DNA from: Rebecca billardiae RCC1528
Lineage: Eukaryota; Protista; Haptophyta
Length of the DNA: 64,000 nt
NCBI GenBank assembly: GCA_965240325.2
Contig: OZ251233.1
Coordinates: 868,001 to 932,000 of the forward strand
Direction: 5' to 3'
Shown here: positions 1 to 10,229 of the stretch, piece after piece
Layout of the letters: the number at the start of each line of letters is the position of its first letter
Position numbering within the stretch: the stretch's first letter is position 1
Notes under the pieces: generated by a model
What the model saw: the letters and a program-made list of their open reading frames with translations, nothing else
The model's database searches: none
What the model was told of the DNA's origin: nothing
Position numbers and translations under genes: made by a program

Positions 1-2948
1 GAGGCGCGCGCGCTGAAGCTGGCGGCGCCCTGCAGCTGCCGATCGTCCGCAGCCGCGCCGCTTGTCCGTGGCCGCTGAGGCGCGGCCTGGGGTGTCCCTG
101 GGGCGTGCGCATCGGCCGAGGGCTGGCGGGGGAGCGGCGGCTCCCGCGAGGCGTGCGGGTGCGCCGCCGCCGCATCGCGCGTGTCGCCGCCAGCGGCGGC
201 GTGCGCGGGCTCGTACGCGTCGGCGACGTGCGCCCACACGGCCGACCCCGCGGGAGCAGAGCGGCGCGCGACGCGCGCCGAGGAGCCAGCCGCGTGCGTC
301 ACGCGCGCAGACTCGTCGCGGTCGAGCGAGGGGGAGGAGGCCCTGTGCCACTTCGCGGCCGCGCGCCGTGCGGCGGCGTCGATGGCCGCGTCCGCGTCCT
401 CGTCGGCGAGCGCGCCACCGCCCGTGCCGGCAGCGAACGCCACCGAGACGGTGCTCGGCCGCGGCGGAGGGGCGTCCGCGCACGAGCTCGGCGCGTCCGC
501 GCCCGCCGTCAGCGAGCGGAGCCGGTCGGCCGCGCCGCCCGCGAAGCGGTTGACGCAGCCGGCGGTGCCGGGCGGCGAGAGGCCCGGACGCCTGGCCGCG
601 CCGCCGAAGCCAGGCGACGGCGACGGCTCGCGCGGTGGCGCGGCGCCGCCGCCGCCGCGGCCGAAGCTGCTGCCGCCGACGTCGGCGCCATGGTCGCTCA
701 GGCGGGCGGGCCGCGGAGGCAGCGCGCGAGCGGCGCGCATGCTGCCTCCACCGTGGTCGCTCAGACGGCCCGGCCGAGCCGCGATCGGCGAGACCGACAC
801 GCACGCCGCGGGCGAGGGCGGGCGCGCCGCGCGCCCCGCCGCGCCGCCGCCCGCGCTCGATGCGACCGAGAAGGACGCCGCGTGCTCGTGCGCGTGCGCG
901 GGCGGGCGCGTGCCCGGGCGCCTTGGAGGCGTGCGCTGCCGCGCCGCGCCCGCCGATGCGTGCGCGGCAGGGCCGCTCGCGCGCTGCGGGCCGAAGCTCG
1001 CCGAGCGAGCGTCCTCGCCGCCCGCGTGCCGCCCGCCGCCGGGCGGCATCGTCACGCGCCGGGGCCTCAACGAGCTGCCCTGCGAGCCCCGCGCCTGGCT
1101 GCTGCGCCTCGCCTCTCGGCGGCGCGGGCGGAGCGAGCGCGCCGCGCGCGCCGACAGCGCGCCCGCGTCCGCGCCCAGCTGGAGCAGCACGACGTGGAGC
1201 TCGGCGCCGTGCTCGCCCTCGGCCGCGGCAGCGCTGCCTCCCGGCGAGGCGCCCGGCCCCTCCGGCGCCGCCGCCGCGCGCGCCTCGTGCGCCACGTGCG
1301 CCTCGTGCACAATCGCCTCGAGCAGCGCGTCGGCGCCCGAGGCGATCACGTCGCTCGTCTCGTCCGCGCCGCGCTCGAGCGCGGCCGAGAGGGCCGCCGT
1401 GAGAAGCTCGACCTGTGCGTTGGCGTCCGCGGCTCCGCCGCCACCGCCGCCACCGCCGGCGCCGCCGGCGCCCGGCGGCGCGCGCGGCTCCGCGGCGGGC
1501 GCGTGCGCCGGCTCGTCCGCGCCGCCCCCCGCGTCGTGCCGCCGCAGGTAGCCGCGCACGCCGGCGATCAACTTTGCGAGGTCAGACTCCGCCTCCGCTG
1601 CCCACTCACGAACCTCGCGCTCGTGCGCGTGCGCATCGTCGCGCGCGCCGCTCTTGGGCGCATCGGGCGGGCGGAGCCACAGCAGCGGCATCTCGTCGTC
1701 AGAGGAAGACGACGCGCCCGTGCTCGCGTCGTCCGCGGCCGGGGCCTCGGCGGCCGGCGCGCCCGGCGCGCCGATGCCGAGTCTATCGAGGGCCGCGCGG
1801 ATATCCGATGCGATCGAACTGCTGCGAGAACGCGCCGTCGCCGCGCCGCGCGGCGAGACGAGGCCGGTGCCTCGCGGCGACGCGGGGCCGAGGGCGCGCG
1901 GCGACGGGAGCGGCGAGGGCGTGCGCAGGCCCGAGCCGACGCCCGCCAACGGCAGTTGCAGCGACGTGACGCGGCCGTCGCCGAGCGCGCCCTCGCCCTC
2001 GCCCTCCGCGCCCGCCGCGCCCGCCGCGCCGTCCGCGCCCTCCGCGCGCACATCGCCCACGGGCGCGTACGAGCGCGGCGCGTGAGCGAGCGACTTGGCG
2101 AGCTCAAGGCGACGGCGCGCGAACGCGGTCGACGGATCGGCGACCGGCCCAGACGGCCCGCGCGGCGAGCCAACCGGCGCCGCGGGCGGCGGCGGCGGCG
2201 GTGTGAGGAGGCCGGCGCGCAGGGCTGCGCCGGGCGCGGCCGGCCGCGTGACGCGCCGGAACAGCTTCGAGAGGAAGGAGACATACTCGTGCTCGGCCGT
2301 GCCCTCCGTCCACACGTCGGCGAGCTCGAAGAGCCCGGCGCAGAACGCCTCGAGCGGCATGCCCTTTTTCTCGTCGTGCGCGCCCATGTCTGAGCGCCAG
2401 TCGGCGAGGATCAGGCCGCGGCTCGCGCTGCGCGGCGCATGCGGGTCGAGCACGCCGAGCGCGCGGCCAACGCGCTCGTAGATGTCGACGTAGGTAGTCT
2501 CGTGCATGCACGCGCCATACGCCAGGCCGGCGGTCGTCCAGAAGCGCAAAAGCGTCGAGAGCACCGCCGGCGCCGCGAGCAGCGCGCGGCGCTTGGCAAT
2601 GTCGTGAGCGCTCTCCTCCGCGCTGCCAAGCAGATGGTACGGGACGACGCCCCGGTCCTGAGCTTGCCGCGCTCGCTCGAAGTGGAAGCGATCCTCTCCG
2701 CGCTCGGGCTCGCTCGAAACCTCGCGCGAAAAGGCTCTCGCCGCTGAGGGGTCTGAGCGGCGCGCAAGCCGCGCGGCCGCAGCTGCGAGCACAGTCGGCT
2801 CAAGCGCGCCAGCTGGCCTCGAGGGCGGCCCATCGAGCACGACAGCCTCGAGCCGCGCCCGGCTTGCGTCGGCTTCGCCGAGAACGGCGTCATTGGTGCG
2901 CTCGAGTGCGCCCGAGTGGGTGTTGTGGCGCCCGTGTCGCGCGCTCAT
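1..2948 (-). CDS. Hypothetical protein, 3' end outside the window (>980 aa); conserved-looking N-terminal domain followed by low-complexity/coiled-coil sequence
   Basis: Manual translation of 2948->~2250: ATG at 2948 follows an in-frame TGA and reads ...KRRALLAAPAVLSTLLRFWTT...TYVDIYERVGRAL...LILADWRSD...FCAGLFELADVWTEGTAEHEYVSFLSKLFRRVT. The ORF is absent from the track, which I take to mean it has no stop in the window; I did not translate the rest codon by codon. The + ORFs at 105-2393 and 181-1551 look like antisense shadows. Confidence 0.75.
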   Translation of the reverse strand, partial: MSARHGRHNTHSGALERTNDAVLGEADASRARLEAVVLDGPPSRPAGALEPTVLAAAAARLARRSDPSAARAFSREVSSEPERGEDRFHFERARQAQDRGVVPYHLLGSAEESAHDIAKRRALLAAPAVLSTLLRFWTTAGLAYGACMHETTYVDIYERVGRALGVLDPHAPRSASRGLILADWRSDMGAHDEKKGMPLEAFCAGLFELADVWTEGTAEHEYVSFLSKLFRRVTRPAAPGAALRAGLLTPPPPPPAAPVGSPRGPSGPVADPSTAFARRRLELAKSLAHAPRSYAPVGDVRAEGADGAAGAAGAEGEGEGALGDGRVTSLQLPLAGVGSGLRTPSPLPSPRALGPASPRGTGLVSPRGAATARSRSSSIASDIRAALDRLGIGAPGAPAAEAPAADDASTGASSSSDDEMPLLWLRPPDAPKSGARDDAHAHEREVREWAAEAESDLAKLIAGVRGYLRRHDAGGGADEPAHAPAAEPRAPPGAGGAGGGGGGGGAADANAQVELLTAALSAALERGADETSDVIASGADALLEAIVHEAHVAHEARAAAAPEGPGASPGGSAAAAEGEHGAELHVVLLQLGADAGALSARAARSLRPRRREARRSSQARGSQGSSLRPRRVTMPPGGGRHAGGEDARSASFGPQRASGPAAHASAGAARQRTPPRRPGTRPPAHAHEHAASFSVASSAGGGAAGRAARPPSPAACVSVSPIAARPGRLSDHGGGSMRAARALPPRPARLSDHGADVGGSSFGRGGGGAAPPREPSPSPGFGGAARRPGLSPPGTAGCVNRFAGGAADRLRSLTAGADAPSSCADAPPPRPSTVSVAFAAGTGGGALADEDADAAIDAAARRAAAKWHRASSPSLDRDESARVTHAAGSSARVARRSAPAGSAVWAHVADAYEPAHAAAGGDTRDAAAAHPHASREPPLPRQPSADAHAPGTPQAAPQRPRTSGAAADDRQLQGAASFSARA

Positions 2949-3212
2949 CTCCGGGGCGGATGGGCGTCAGCTGCGTGCCCGCCACTGCCCCCGGTGCCGC
3001 CGCCAGCTCAACGAGGGGAGTCAGGCAGTTTCCCGTGGCGCAGCGGCACTCGTTGCATCACCCCTGACGCGGTGACGGCAGCCGCCACTATCTAGTTAGC
3101 GGCAGTAAGTCGGCCAGTGTCATACGGTACCCTGCTACTACTATATATCCGCGACAATGGTGCCATCATATAAGCAGACATGATGATGCAGCATTCGTCA
3201 TGATGCACCGTT

Positions 3213-4430
3213 TTAGCACCTAATAACTTCCCTCAGGGCCAGGCCCAGTCCGGCCAGCTGCAGCGGCTGCGCTGCCACGCCGGCGATGCTCATGCTGTCA
3301 TTGCGAACACCGCGGCTCCTGCGAATGCTGCTGCCGACAACACCGATACCGCCATCAGGCCGTCGCGTCTCTCGCGATGTGGCCCATACCCCAACACGGG
3401 CAGGCGCCGCTTCGGCCGCCGATGGTAGGGCCGTCGCCGTGGCACTGTGGGCCACGCCGGCCGTGCGACCAAGATCGTACTGCGTGTTGGGCAGGGGGTC
3501 AAACGAGCTGCTGTTCCGGAGGAAGGCCAAGTGTGTCCTGTTGGCGATGGCCGGCCTGAGCACGCCAAGCGCCTTGACGGGGTGGAGCAGCACGGCGGTC
3601 TCCCACGGCACGTCGCCCCCCTTGGCGCGTGGGGCCTTCATGTCGACCGCCGCGCGCCGTCTCAGCTTCTCCCAGCGGTGATTCTCGAGCGCAATCACCA
3701 GCGGCGGGAAGGACCCCATGCCCCACAGCTGCGCGCGCGCGTTCTCGGCGAGCAAGGACTCAACGCGTGCCGTCAGGTCCGCGTCGAGCCAGCGCTGCAC
3801 CTCCACGAGCAGCACGCCCGCGTCAAGGCACGGCTCGCCTTTCCACCTGTGCAGGTGCTTCAGCTGTGGTTGGTCAAGGCTGACGACTTTGTGCAGCTTG
3901 CAATGGCTCGTGCTCTGCACCGCGCTGGCCACTGCGTACTGCGTGCGCGCAAAGGCGCGGTCATAGAGCGGGCCCACGTCGCCGACCACGAGCGAGTCCA
4001 CGTCCAAGTACAGGAAGCGGGGGATGCCCAGCCGCGCGAACAGCGCCGGCACGTAGAATCGGAAGTAGTTGGACGGGTGGCGCAGCGCGGCGCGCCCTTC
4101 CCACACGGTGCGATTCGCCGTGACGTCGGCAAACGCGCCAGTGTACACGCAGAGGCGGCGCTCGCCGAAAAAGGCGCGCAGTCGCACGAGGCGCTGCGGC
4201 GTGAGCGTCCCCTCGTCCGAGAAGACGTGGAGGCGCAGCCGCTCCGCGGTGGTGGGCGAGGCGGAGTGGACCGCCGACACCATCGAGCGGATCGCGCACG
4301 CGAGGTACGCGGCGCCGGCGAAGGAGTAGACGACGTGGATCGCCGTGGCTTCGCCCACAGCGGTGGCTGGGCGGGCGCCGACGCTGGCTGTGGCCGCGCA
4401 GGCCGCGACGAGCACGACGGGGACCGCCAT
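3213..4430 (-). CDS. Glycosyltransferase family 8 (GAUT/GATL-like)
   Basis: Hydrophobic N-terminus (signal/anchor); NYFRFYVPALF, RFLYLDVDSLVVGDVGPLY (DxD motif), DAGVLLVEVQRW and GSFPPLVIAL are typical GT8 motifs. Confidence 0.85.
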   Translation of the reverse strand: MAVPVVLVAACAATASVGARPATAVGEATAIHVVYSFAGAAYLACAIRSMVSAVHSASPTTAERLRLHVFSDEGTLTPQRLVRLRAFFGERRLCVYTGAFADVTANRTVWEGRAALRHPSNYFRFYVPALFARLGIPRFLYLDVDSLVVGDVGPLYDRAFARTQYAVASAVQSTSHCKLHKVVSLDQPQLKHLHRWKGEPCLDAGVLLVEVQRWLDADLTARVESLLAENARAQLWGMGSFPPLVIALENHRWEKLRRRAAVDMKAPRAKGGDVPWETAVLLHPVKALGVLRPAIANRTHLAFLRNSSSFDPLPNTQYDLGRTAGVAHSATATALPSAAEAAPARVGVWATSRETRRPDGGIGVVGSSIRRSRGVRNDSMSIAGVAAQPLQLAGLGLALREVIRC

Positions 4431-4522
4431 GCATCAAGCCGTCGTGGTCAGATTCGCAGCTGGGCCGCCATCGTGGTTGGGATGCCGGATTGGTTTCCGG
4501 CGGCGAACGCCGTCTTCATGAC

Positions 4523-6139
4523 ATGGCGCCGGCCGCGCGCGCCGTGCTCCGCGCGCTCGGCGCACTGGGTGCGGTGGCGGCGGTACTGAGCCTGCTCGGC
4601 TCGTCGGCGCGCCACCACGCGCACTCGGCTCCGTCCGCCATCGCTGCCCGCGCTCCGGCGGCCGCCGCCCCCCTTCCGCCGCGCGAGGTGCACCTGCCCC
4701 TCAGCCCGACCGTGTTCCACAAGGTCGGCCAGTTCCAGACGACGCTCACGGTGGGCGGGCGTGAGCTCGTGCTGATGATCGACTCGGGGAGCGCGGACAT
4801 GGTGGTCGTCGTCGATGGCTGCCGCGCCTGCGCGACGAGGCACCGCGAGGGCTACACGCCCTCCGCGCGCGCGTCGCCGCTGCCGTGCGAGCCGCGCCTC
4901 AACTGCTCGTTCTGCGCGCACGGCCAGTGCACGTTCGGCGTGGGGTACGAGGACGGCTCGGGCATCCGCGCGCGCGTGTACATGGACGACGTCCGCTTCG
5001 GCCGCGGCGCGCACGCCGTGCAGGTGCGCGCCGCAGTCGGCGCCGTCTTTGTCGAGTCGGCAGACTTCCAGGTCGCTCACGTCTCGGGCATCTTTGGCCT
5101 CGGCAGGCGCCAGCTCGCGTCGGTGGGCGCGCCGACGGCGCTCGACGCGCTCGCGCCGCTGCTCGGGGCCGACCGGTTCTCCGCGTGCCTCCGACCCGCC
5201 GGCGGCCAGCTTGTCCTCGGCGGCGGCCCGCTGCCGAGCGCGCTGTCCGAGTATCAATCGACGCCCCTGCGGCAGGGGGGCGAGGGCGATGGCGGCTACT
5301 ACTACACGGTCTGGCTCACGGACGTGCGCGTGGACGGGCGGTCGATCGGGCTGCACGCGGACGATCTGAACGTGGGCGAGGCGATCGTGGACACGGGCTC
5401 GTCGGCCGCGGTGCTCACCATGCACGTGCTCCGTGCGCTCGCCTCACAGGTGCGCGCCGCGTGCGCCGCGCGCGGCTCCGGGGCCGCGCTCGCGTGGCAG
5501 TGCGAGCGCGTGGCGGCTGGCGAGTGCCACGAGCTGTCGCAGCCGTTGCTGGCGGCGCTCCCGGACATCTCGTTCGTCATGAGCGGCGGCGCCGAGCTGC
5601 GCCTCGCCCCGGCGGAGTACATGCAGCGGGACCTCTTCTGCGAGGGCATGGTGGCAACGCCCCCGCCCCCCCCGCCGCCGTCGGCGCCGGCCGGAACGAA
5701 CGCGCGGCTGACGCCGGCACCACCGCCACCGCCGCCACCGCCGCCCCGTTCGCCGGCCGGAATCGACGAGTCGCTGGCGCCGGCACCACCGCCACCGCCT
5801 CCGCCGCCCCCTTGGCCGGCCGCAATCGACGAGTCGCTGGCGCCGGCACCACCGCCACCGCCTCCGCCACCCCCTCCGGCGCTCCCGCCGACGCCGCCGA
5901 TCCCACAGCCGCCGCCGCCACCACCGCCACCGCCGCCGCTGCCCAGCGCCGCACATCGGCAGTGGATCTTCGAGGGCGCGGGCAACTCGACAGGCGTGAT
6001 CCTGGGGGCGGCCATGCTGATGCATTTCCACGTGGTCGTGGATCGGAGCGTTGGCGGCTCGTTCAGCTTTGCGCCCCTCCGGCCCGACAGCTGCGGCGGC
6101 CCAGCACCGCCGACTCACATCAGGAGTGACCGTAGGTGA
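4523..6139 (+). CDS. Pepsin-like (A1) aspartic protease with proline-rich insertion, ~538 aa
   Basis: ATG 4523; signal-like N-terminus; catalytic motifs LMIDSGS and AIVDTGSS; flap YEDGS; SGIFGLG; C-terminal VILG...HFHVVVDR...FSFAP. Confidence 0.88.
   Translation: MAPAARAVLRALGALGAVAAVLSLLGSSARHHAHSAPSAIAARAPAAAAPLPPREVHLPLSPTVFHKVGQFQTTLTVGGRELVLMIDSGSADMVVVVDGCRACATRHREGYTPSARASPLPCEPRLNCSFCAHGQCTFGVGYEDGSGIRARVYMDDVRFGRGAHAVQVRAAVGAVFVESADFQVAHVSGIFGLGRRQLASVGAPTALDALAPLLGADRFSACLRPAGGQLVLGGGPLPSALSEYQSTPLRQGGEGDGGYYYTVWLTDVRVDGRSIGLHADDLNVGEAIVDTGSSAAVLTMHVLRALASQVRAACAARGSGAALAWQCERVAAGECHELSQPLLAALPDISFVMSGGAELRLAPAEYMQRDLFCEGMVATPPPPPPPSAPAGTNARLTPAPPPPPPPPPRSPAGIDESLAPAPPPPPPPPPWPAAIDESLAPAPPPPPPPPPPALPPTPPIPQPPPPPPPPPPLPSAAHRQWIFEGAGNSTGVILGAAMLMHFHVVVDRSVGGSFSFAPLRPDSCGGPAPPTHIRSDRR
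5659..5945 (+). repeat. Coding poly-proline repeat with imperfect ~63-bp units (IDESLAPAPPPPPPPPP)
   Basis: aatcgacgagtcgctggcgccggcaccaccgccaccgcctccgcc occurs at 5761 and 5824, with a degenerate unit upstream and further (CCG/CCA)n runs. Confidence 0.8.
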
Positions 6140-6619
6140 TGGTCAGACTGGCAGCATCACTTATATAGCGCGTAGCGCGTCATCATCATCATCGTAGTCG
6201 ATATATCATGCTGACGGCAGAGTATAGTCGTCATCATCATCAGCATCGTCGTCCGCGCGCTGATGACTGTCACTCTACTCCCTCTGTAGTCGTAGACGTC
6301 AGACGATACCGCGCGATATACTCGGCCATACAGCATACCGGCCTGTTGCAAATTGAATAAATACCAACAAATATGTGACGGCGACATCCCAGTGGGAATC
6401 CGCGTGACGCCCGGTTGGATGCAGAGTGTTCTCGACGAGGATGGCGTCTGGACCGCGGGGAACGCGATCGCTGCACCCCTGAGGTTGTCGTGAGTGCAGC
6501 AATCCACTTGCGCCAGGCTGCGGCGTGACCTACGTCGAGAACACTCTGCATCCAAGTGGGCACCCCCTCATGTCCAAGCGGAAGCAGAAGCTCTCCGCGC
6601 GCGGTCGACGCGGCAAGAA

Positions 6620-7290
6620 AGCTCAGAAGGGCTGGAGCTCAAGATTCAGCGCATGCTGCAGCCCGCAAGACGCGTGAGGAGGCGGGCACGAGGCGCTACA
6701 CAAGTCCCGGTCGACCTCGATCTCATCGTCCGAGTCCTCAGCTCCAGCGCCGGCCTTCCGCTGGAGCTGCGCCGTCACGTCGTGCGACGTGCCAGTCGTT
6801 GAGCTCGCTGAAGATGGGGCGGAGCGCGCAGGGACCGGATGTCGGGCGCATGTTGCGCGGGAGCGCGGCACGGCACGGTGCGCACGAGCACGGCCAGCGA
6901 CACACCCACACGCGACCCGCCTGGTCGATGCGCAGGTTGTGGAAGCTCTTCCGGCTTGAGTGCGGGCGCGCTTCTCGTCGCGCGTCGCCGGGTCGATTGT
7001 GTCGTACCCCGGAAAGTCGGGTGATCTCGGCGTAGGGTACCACCACACGATCGCGCGTCCTCGCGAGCTGCGCGCGCGTGCGGTTCATAATCAGCTCCGA
7101 GCCGCCCAGCTCCGTGTTCATCTGCTTGGCCGTCCCCAGCCAGCGCGCGATCTCCTCGGTGAAGCTGATAATGCGGGGCGCCCTCCTCGAGCGCCGCCGA
7201 CTCCGCCGAGGCCCGAGCGCATCAGCTCCGGGTTGACACTGGCTCGCAGAGCGCTTCCTGGACGACCAGCAGCGACGCGTGGCACTCATT
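6620..7290 (-). pseudogene. Possible degenerate DNA-transposase relic
   Basis: Lower-GC intergenic region. The minus-frame peptide KSFHNLRIDQAGRVWVCRWPCSCAPC has an H...R..C.C..C pattern resembling C-termini of some eukaryotic DDE transposases, with an apparent frameshift into an acidic tail (EDSDDEIEVD). No catalytic core or TIRs found. Confidence 0.25.
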
Positions 7291-8157
7291 GAGCCCGGTC
7301 ACAACGGGGCCATCCCAGCCGTGGATGACGCCGGCGGCAACTAGTCTGATGACAGTGAATCCTACGAACGTACTATCTCATTCTCTTGCAGTACTGTCCT
7401 GTTGAGCACCGTTCGGACACTGCGCCGTAAGCTTCTACTGATCCTCGACGCTTACCTCTAGACCCCGACACTGCTTTGGGGGCGTCTGGGGACTGATCGT
7501 GGCTGGCACCGAGGTGGTCGACTTCATCTACTTGGCTGGCGCACCTTCGACTCCTCCAATACCCAGTAGAAGTACCGCGAGCTCTCGTGGTGGCACTCCG
7601 AGGAGCGCTGCACCGCAAGGCGAGCGCAGATTGCAGATGGTGATTGCGAGCGCGCCCGCGGGCGAGACTACGCACAACTCGAGCACGATGGGGAAGGCGT
7701 TGAGGAAGATCCCGGTCGTTCTCTCGGCCGCAGACCACAGCATGATTCTCGACCAGATGGCTGAGCGCGCCGACGCGCTCGATCACAACTCGTGTCGGCA
7801 CTGCACGCGGACGGCGTCGACGAGTGTCGACCTGACTGCCGAGCGTGCCGTGACTGTATAGCATGCAGCGTGGCGCACACTCTGTCTAGAACCGTAGGCA
7901 AGCGTCGACGCGCGTCGTCTGGTGCGACGCGCGCCTCCTGAGCGCCTCCCGTGGCCGCCGCCGCAGCGCGGCAGCGGCCATCATGAAAAAAATTCGCTCG
8001 CCGAAATTCCCTCCGATGTCGCGTTTGGTCTCACTTCAAAATGCAACAAGCCTACCATTGGGACCGCGACGACTCATGCTGCGCGCTGATCGGACGACTA
8101 CGATCCGGGCCACCGGGTGGCGCAGCAGAGACTCTGGTGCTGACGACGCGATACGCG

Positions 8158-10068
8158 CTATGAGCCGATGCCGTCGCCGGCCCCGTTCGACTCGTCGTCT
8201 TCGCCGGACGGCAGGTAGTCCTTCTCCGCCTCCCAGTCCCCCGGCAGGTGGTCGGGCGTCGCGTACACGAGCGCCGTGATGTCTGCGCCCGACGGCAGGT
8301 TTGCGTACTCGTCCTCGACGGGCTGTGCGGGCAGGCCCTTGCCCGGCGGGTGGTGGGCGAGCGAGATGTGCAGCTCGCCGCCCCGGCCGTCGGCGCCGGT
8401 CGTGTGCCTCACCGACTCGCACCGCAGCCGCTGCCACGCGCCCGCCCAGCGCTCGCCGGAGCGGTCGATCGGCTCGCGCACGCGAACGCGCTGCGCGATG
8501 TTTGCTGCGTCCTTGTCGTGCCGGCTGGCGAGGTACACGTACTCGACCGTGTCGTGCGGCGCGCGCGGGTCGTCGCGCGCGAGCGCCGCGTACGTGCGCG
8601 CGTGGTCGTACGCGTACCGCATCGCCTTTGGCAGCGGCGAGAACGTGAACTCGCCGTCGAACCAGAGGCGCGGCTGCCGGTACGACCAGAGGACGCGCGG
8701 CTCCTCCGAGCCGTCCCGGCGCCGCCGCCTGAAGATGTACGTGGGGACGTAGCCCCACGGCTTGACGGTGGCCTGCGGGCGCACGACCTGGTGCAGCGCC
8801 AGCTTGTCGTCCGACTGGTACCCCCGCACCCACCAGCGCACGGAGAAGCCCTGCGCGATCGAGACCGTGCCAATGCCCTTGAGGCGGCACACCGTCTGCT
8901 GCAGGAACCCTGCCTGGTGTGCATGCATCGCGCTCAGGAGCGTGCCCCACTTGGTCGGCGGCGGGAGCGTGAGGTTGCCCATGTGGTGCATCGAGACGAA
9001 CGGCGCGAGCGGGTGCGCCTCGAGCACGCCCGTCGCCGAGCCCTTCAGGTCGAACTGGTGGAAGCCCGCCACATAGGTCGAGTCGACGCCGTGAGGCAGC
9101 GCGCACGTGTGGATTCGAAAGTCGAGGCCGTGCGCGCGGCCGAGGTGGTTGAGGCACGTGTCGAAGTAGGGCACCATGCGCCGGACGAGCTCGGCGCTCA
9201 TCGCGATCCCGCCGCCGCCGAACACCATCGGCCCGAACGCGCGCATCTGCGACAGCGTCTCCGAGTGCCCTCCGATCAGGTACGGCTCCCGCGGGTCGTA
9301 GCGGCGCAGCACCGCGCGCAGGTTGTCGAGCGCAAAGACGGTGTCGTCGTCGGAGAGGACGTACCACTCGGGCGGGTTGGGGCCGGCGCCGTGCTCCTCG
9401 AAGAGCTCGAGGAAGATGCGCGAGCAGCGTATGTGCGCCTCCATCTTGCCGCGGATGTTGGCGTTCGGCTGCGAGCGCCGGAGGAGAGGCATCCTCCGAC
9501 TGGCAGGCGGCGGCCACGGCGTCTGGCAGGCGGGCGGGTCGCCGTCGAGGAAGACCGTGCCCTGCGTCTGCGTCGTCCACCACTGCTCGATCCACGAGCG
9601 CCGCTCGCAGATCGTCTTCGTCGTGCCGCACACGCCGAAGCGGATCGAGTCGAGCGACAGCGGCGGGCGCCGGCCGGCGACACAACGCGCGCCGCCGGCC
9701 GACGCCTCGGCGCGCGGCTCTGGCACGGCGGCGGTGTCGCCCGTCGTGCCGACGCCCTGCGCTGCGCCTAATCGCACGGCGCCCTGCGCCGGCGCGTGGC
9801 GCTGGCCCTGCTCAAACGTCATCATCATCGCTGCGCGCGCGGCAGCGCGGCGGCGGCGGGCGGCGCGGATCGGTGCGCGTGAGCGCGCGACGTGGTCCGC
9901 GCGGCGCGGGCTCGTGCAGCAGGCGCGGGCGAGGCATCCACCATAGAGTATAGACGTCACAGCAGCGCCGACAATCGCCCCAACAACGGTGTAAAAGACT
10001 CTGGTGTCGAGCAGGGCACGGAACCGCCTCGGCGACCTGACCATCGACGCCATTTCGGAATCGCGCAT
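8158..10068 (-). CDS. DUF604 / fringe-like (GT31-related) glycosyltransferase, type II membrane protein, ~599 aa after one intron
   Basis: TM segment VFYTVVGAIVGAAVTSILY; WYVLSDDDTVF (DDD), LRRYDPREPYLIGGHSE, MVFGGGGIAMS and GFHQFDLKG...LEAHPLAPFVSMHH match the plant-type DUF604 signature. Confidence 0.85.
   Translation of the reverse strand: MRDSEMASMVRSPRRFRALLDTRVFYTVVGAIVGAAVTSILYGGCLARACCTSPRRADHVARSRAPIRAARRRRAAARAAMMMTFEQGQRHAPAQGAVRLGAAQGVGTTGDTAAVPEPRAEASAGGARCVAGRRPPLSLDSIRFGVCGTTKTICERRSWIEQWWTTQTQGTVFLDGDPPACQTPWPPPASRRMPLLRRSQPNANIRGKMEAHIRCSRIFLELFEEHGAGPNPPEWYVLSDDDTVFALDNLRAVLRRYDPREPYLIGGHSETLSQMRAFGPMVFGGGGIAMSAELVRRMVPYFDTCLNHLGRAHGLDFRIHTCALPHGVDSTYVAGFHQFDLKGSATGVLEAHPLAPFVSMHHMGNLTLPPPTKWGTLLSAMHAHQAGFLQQTVCRLKGIGTVSIAQGFSVRWWVRGYQSDDKLALHQVVRPQATVKPWGYVPTYIFRRRRRDGSEEPRVLWSYRQPRLWFDGEFTFSPLPKAMRYAYDHARTYAALARDDPRAPHDTVEYVYLASRHDKDAANIAQRVRVREPIDRSGERWAGAWQRLRCESVRHTTGADGRGGELHISLAHHPPGKGLPAQPVEDEYANLPSGADITALVYATPDHLPGDWEAEKDYLPSGEDDESNGAGDGIGS
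9831..9941 (-). other. Predicted 111-nt in-frame GT-AG intron
   Basis: Minus strand TAT G|GTGGAT...GCTCAC...GCGCGCAG|CG ATG. Removal deletes an Arg/Ala-rich stretch and gives ILYAMMM. Confidence 0.65.
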
Positions 10069-10229
10069 GGCTGCCGACACGACGACTTGCTTAGCGCAGA
10101 TTTTCCATTATTGGCGAATCAAAGACGGCCCCGTGCGTGCGTGCGCGCGGGTATTTCGCCGACACGTCCGCCATCCCGGCGTGTTTGGAGCATCTCGCGC
10201 CCGACCACGGTCGCGATCGCCACCCAGCC

